NCBI GenBank assembly: GCA_049970495.1
Contig: JBMFMV010000015.1
Coordinates: 1-31,900, forward strand
DNA from: a bacterium
GTDB lineage: Bacteria > DUMJ01
DNA length: 31,900 bases
Direction of reading: 5' to 3'
The position numbers were made by a program, and so were the translations under genes. Under the pieces are notes generated by a model. It was not told the DNA's origin. It did not search any database and saw nothing but the letters and a program-made list of their open reading frames with translations. Below, one piece after another: positions 28,521 through 31,900 of the stretch. Numbering within the stretch: position 1 is the first letter of the stretch; each line of letters begins with the position of its first letter.

Positions 28521-29034
28521 TCTAAAGGATTGGAGATTTATAATACTAGTGTCCGTAGTATTCTATATACTCTGGATAGCTTTTGTGGTATATCCACAGG
28601 GTTTACGGGTTCAGGAAATTCAAAGGGAATTGAGTGAAAAAAAGATAAAGTTGGCTAGAGTACAGCTTTATCCGATTAGAGAACGGCAGTTAGACTCAGC
28701 AATAGAGGAAGAAAAAACTCGAATAAAAGAATTAAGAAATAGACTTTACTCTTATGATATTTTGGTAAATCTATTGAAGGATATAGAGGAGATAAGCAAG
28801 AAGTATAATATAGAGATAGTTAGTTTAAGTGGACCTAATAGGGAAGGAGATAAAATAAGTTTCAGTTTTACCCTTAAGGGAAATTATACAAATTTTGTCC
28901 CATGGGCTTATGAGATAAGTATAACAAAGACTCTAAATATAACACAGTTAAATGCAAAGATAGAGGATAAGAACATCATTTATACTGGTGTTTTAGAAAC
29001 TACCCCTTTTGAGGAGGTTAAGGGTGTACAGTAG
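28510..29034 (+). CDS. pilO: PilO-like assembly protein
   Basis: N-terminal TM, coiled coil, L.G.Y..F; position. Confidence 0.75.
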   Translation: MKINLKDWRFIILVSVVFYILWIAFVVYPQGLRVQEIQRELSEKKIKLARVQLYPIRERQLDSAIEEEKTRIKELRNRLYSYDILVNLLKDIEEISKKYNIEIVSLSGPNREGDKISFSFTLKGNYTNFVPWAYEISITKTLNITQLNAKIEDKNIIYTGVLETTPFEEVKGVQ

Positions 29035-29608
29035 AGTCACCTTCCTAATAATAATTACCTTGGTTTGTATGAGTGTTATGGGAACATTTATTTTGGTTAC
29101 TAGATTTACTCGTGAGGAATATCAGCCAGCTCCTATATCACCTTCTCTTCCAGAGATTCCAAAAGAAGAGGTAAAAGAAGTGGTATTTCAATATACCCCA
29201 GATGTTTATAGGGACCCTTTTAAAGCACCTGTAAGAATTGCTATAGAAAAGCCAAGAGAAGAGACTCCTCCTATCTCTAAACCTGTTATTTCAGTACCAA
29301 GTCAAACTCTTACTGAGGAAACTAAGCCTAAAAGAGTCAAGCCTCTATTAGAGGCCAAACCCGAAACTAAACAGATAAGGGCCAATAGGGAGATTAAGGA
29401 AATTAAAGAGGAGGGTCCCCCTAAGTTAAAAGTGACAGGTATCCTTTATGACGAAGAACCTTTTGCTATAATAGAGTTTGAAGGCCGTAGCGGAATCTTT
29501 GAGATGGGGGATAAATTAAGTAAGGACTTGATAGTTAGGAAAATATATATAGATTCTGTGGATCTTGACTGGAGAGGGAAGACTTATAATATAAAGCTAG
29601 GGGGTTAA
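29024..29608 (+). CDS. PilP-like protein (TM-anchored, Pro/Glu/Lys-rich linker)
   Basis: RDPF motif, C-terminal L..TGI......AII......GD beta domain. GTG at 29024 follows GGAGG. Confidence 0.7.
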   Translation: MYSRVTFLIIITLVCMSVMGTFILVTRFTREEYQPAPISPSLPEIPKEEVKEVVFQYTPDVYRDPFKAPVRIAIEKPREETPPISKPVISVPSQTLTEETKPKRVKPLLEAKPETKQIRANREIKEIKEEGPPKLKVTGILYDEEPFAIIEFEGRSGIFEMGDKLSKDLIVRKIYIDSVDLDWRGKTYNIKLGG

Positions 29609-29613
29609 ATGTT

Positions 29614-31900
29614 ATGAGAAAGAGTATAGTTGTTCTACTATGTGTTTTTTTGTTTTTTTCATCAATTAAATTTGTGTTTGGGGAGAATTTAGCTAACGTA
29701 AACTGGTATATAGATGGAGATAAATTAAGAATCGATTTGAAAGCTCCTGTAAAAATAGCTTATTCTTCTTTTACCTTAACCGATCCTAATCGACTTGTAA
29801 TTGATGTATACAACGTAACACTTTCAAAATCTCAGAGTTTTGAGATAAATAAATCCCCAATAAGGGCTTTAAGAATGGCACCTAGAGATGATAATAAATT
29901 GAGAATCACATTAGAGGGTAGCAAGATTCCTAAGTACTATATAAATTTAACACAAGATGGACTAGTCCTTTCTATTATTGCTCAATTAGATATTTTGCCA
30001 GTTAGTACTTTAATAAGAAAGATTATATATAATGATAATAAAGTATCCATATATACTAGTTCGATATGTAAGTTTAAATCCATATTAGACGATAATCCCC
30101 CTAGATTTATAATGGAGTTTCCATCTGTATCTTTTAGTGGAAAGCTCGAAGGTGCTGCTAGAGTTGGAGTTATAAATAGAGTATTAGCATATGACTACGA
30201 GAACATAAATAGAGGTATAAATACTATAGTGGTAATAGAACTTAAAGATAAAATAGAACCACTAATAACGGAGGATACCTTTCGGAATATTATACAGCTA
30301 GACTTTAGTAAAGAAGCTCGAACTGCGTCTGTTCCATCAACGCGGATAACGTCTAATCCTCCTATAGAACAAGTCAAAAAGTCTATAAGCACCCAGGTAG
30401 AAAAAAGAGTAACACTTTCATTTAAAGATGCTGATATAAAAGATGTTCTTCAGGCCCTATCTGTAAAGGCGGGTGTCAACATTGTTATAGATGAAGGGAT
30501 AACCAAGAAGATTACTCTAGTCTTGAATAATGTCACCGCAAAAGAAGCTCTAGAGATGATAACTAAAGCTTCCGGATTGGCTTATGAAAAATGGGATAAT
30601 GGCTACATAGTAGCAACCCCAAAAAGGCTAATTGAGATATTAGATTCAGGAGTCCCCCTAAAGCAAAAAGAGGTAATAGAGACGATAGAGGCAAAAGGAG
30701 ATCCAGAGAAGGTACTACAATCGATAAAGGTAGTATACCCAGAGATAATAGGAGTAGTAAGCAACAAGATAATAGTGATAAAAGGGGAAGAAAGTAGAGT
30801 AAAGGGGGCAATAGAGCTAGCAAAGAGGATAGATGTAGTACCTGTAGAAGAGCCTATAGAGAGGGAGATAGTAAGGCTAAAGGGATTAGATGCAAATAGT
30901 ATAAAAGAGACACTATCAATAATAACTGGAGTAACGATAACAGCGATAAAACAGACTAACTCACTAATAATACAAGGGGCAAAGAGTAAGGTAAAAGAAG
31001 TAAAAGAACTACTAAGTGCAATAGATATAGAACCTACAAAAGAGGTACCAACCCAGATAATAGTAGAAGCAATAGAGATAAAAGGGGATCCATCTCAGAT
31101 ACAAAACACAATAAAGGCAGTATACCCCGAGATAGTAACAAGCATATCAGGGAAATACATAGTAATAAGGGGAGAGAATAACAAGGTAAGCGAAGCCAAG
31201 AGATTAATAGAAAGCATAGACAGAGTAGCTGTAAGTCCAGGGGTAAAAGAGGTAATAGAGACGATAGAGGCAAAAGGAGATCCAGAGAAGGTATTACAAT
31301 CGATAAAGGTAGTATACCCAGAGATAATAGGAGTAGTAAGCAACAAGATAATAGTGATAAAAGGGGAAGAAAGTAGAGTAAAGGGGGCAATAGAGCTAGC
31401 AAAGAGGATAGATGTAGTACCTGTAGAAGAGCCTATAGAGAGGGAGATAGTAAGGCTAAAGGGATTAGATGCAAATAGTATAAAAGAGACACTATCAATA
31501 ATAACTGGAGTAACGATAACAGCGATAAAACAGACTAACTCACTAATAATACAAGGGGCAAAGAGTAAGGTAAAAGAAGTAAAAGAACTACTAAGTGCAA
31601 TAGATATAGAACCTACAAAAGAGGTACCAACCCAGATAATAGTAGAAGCAATAGAGATAAAAGGGGATCCATCTCAGATACAAAACACAATAAAGGCAGT
31701 ATACCCCGAGATAGTAACAAGCATATCAGGGAAATACATAGTAATAAGGGGAGAGAATAACAAGGTAAGCGAAGCCAAGAGATTAATAGAAAGCATAGAC
31801 AGAGTAGCTGTAAGTCCAGGGGTAAAAGAGGTAATAGAGACGATAGAGGCAAAAGGAGATCCAGAGAAGGTACTACAATCGATAAAGGTAGTATACCCAG
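29614..31900 (+). CDS. pilQ: PilQ-like secretin N-terminal region: signal peptide, two AMIN-like domains, N0/STN domain, tandem NolW-like domains; runs off the window
   Basis: Manually translated as open for 762 codons from ATG 29614: MRKSIVVLLCVFLFF, FTLTDPNRLVIDV, DNPPRFIMEF, VTLSFKDADIKDVLQALSVKAGVNIVID, NSLIIQG...LSAID. Follows pilMNOP. The secretin barrel itself is not in the window. Confidence 0.85.
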   Translation, partial: MRKSIVVLLCVFLFFSSIKFVFGENLANVNWYIDGDKLRIDLKAPVKIAYSSFTLTDPNRLVIDVYNVTLSKSQSFEINKSPIRALRMAPRDDNKLRITLEGSKIPKYYINLTQDGLVLSIIAQLDILPVSTLIRKIIYNDNKVSIYTSSICKFKSILDDNPPRFIMEFPSVSFSGKLEGAARVGVINRVLAYDYENINRGINTIVVIELKDKIEPLITEDTFRNIIQLDFSKEARTASVPSTRITSNPPIEQVKKSISTQVEKRVTLSFKDADIKDVLQALSVKAGVNIVIDEGITKKITLVLNNVTAKEALEMITKASGLAYEKWDNGYIVATPKRLIEILDSGVPLKQKEVIETIEAKGDPEKVLQSIKVVYPEIIGVVSNKIIVIKGEESRVKGAIELAKRIDVVPVEEPIEREIVRLKGLDANSIKETLSIITGVTITAIKQTNSLIIQGAKSKVKEVKELLSAIDIEPTKEVPTQIIVEAIEIKGDPSQIQNTIKAVYPEIVTSISGKYIVIRGENNKVSEAKRLIESIDRVAVSPGVKEVIETIEAKGDPEKVLQSIKVVYPEIIGVVSNKIIVIKGEESRVKGAIELAKRIDVVPVEEPIEREIVRLKGLDANSIKETLSIITGVTITAIKQTNSLIIQGAKSKVKEVKELLSAIDIEPTKEVPTQIIVEAIEIKGDPSQIQNTIKAVYPEIVTSISGKYIVIRGENNKVSEAKRLIESIDRVAVSPGVKEVIETIEAKGDPEKVLQSIKVVYP
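30666..31900 (+). repeat. In-frame 579-bp (193-aa) direct tandem repeat, at least 2.1 copies
   Basis: Units 30666-31244, 31245-31823 and 31824 onward. The only difference seen is synonymous CTA/TTA (C30715, T31294, C31873). Confidence 0.97.

Noticed and set aside
30195..31852. Leu-rich minus-strand ORFs that look like membrane proteins
   Set aside because: They are antisense shadows of the purine-rich secretin ORF; most recur with the 579-bp period.
30666..31900. Repeat as a CRISPR array or DGR template/variable pair
   Set aside because: There are no spacers, the unit is in-frame coding, the single difference is C/T rather than adenine-specific, and no cas or reverse transcriptase gene is in the window.

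Overview
AT-rich bacterial chromosome segment spanning the replication origin. Left arm (mostly - strand): purE, an orphan peptide/sugar ABC binding protein, 6S RNA, three small Cys-motif proteins, rarA, rho, a polar amino-acid ABC transporter, secD-secF-lapA-recJ-apt-rel-dtd and a UroD/MtaA-family gene. Right arm (+ strand): dnaA-[oriC]-dnaN-yaaA-recF-dciA(DUF721), tRNA-Ser(GGA), large SRP RNA, dnaX-ybaB-recR, a PIG-L deacetylase, then a type IV pilus/T2SS-like operon (three minor pilins, pilMNOP, secretin). Gene order is Firmicutes-like while envelope markers are diderm-like, suggesting a deep-branching diderm such as a Dictyoglomota/Thermotogota/Atribacterota relative (inference only). The top feature is missing from the ORF track: a PilQ-like ORF (29614 to beyond the window end) whose periplasmic part is built from near-identical in-frame 579-bp tandem repeats. 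Each repeat encodes three NolW-like ring domains and has sharply different, TT-depleted codon usage. Other points: a class II PurE, a probable ATT start codon, a clear DnaA-trio unwinding element, and 6S RNA heading a probable operon that ends in rho.
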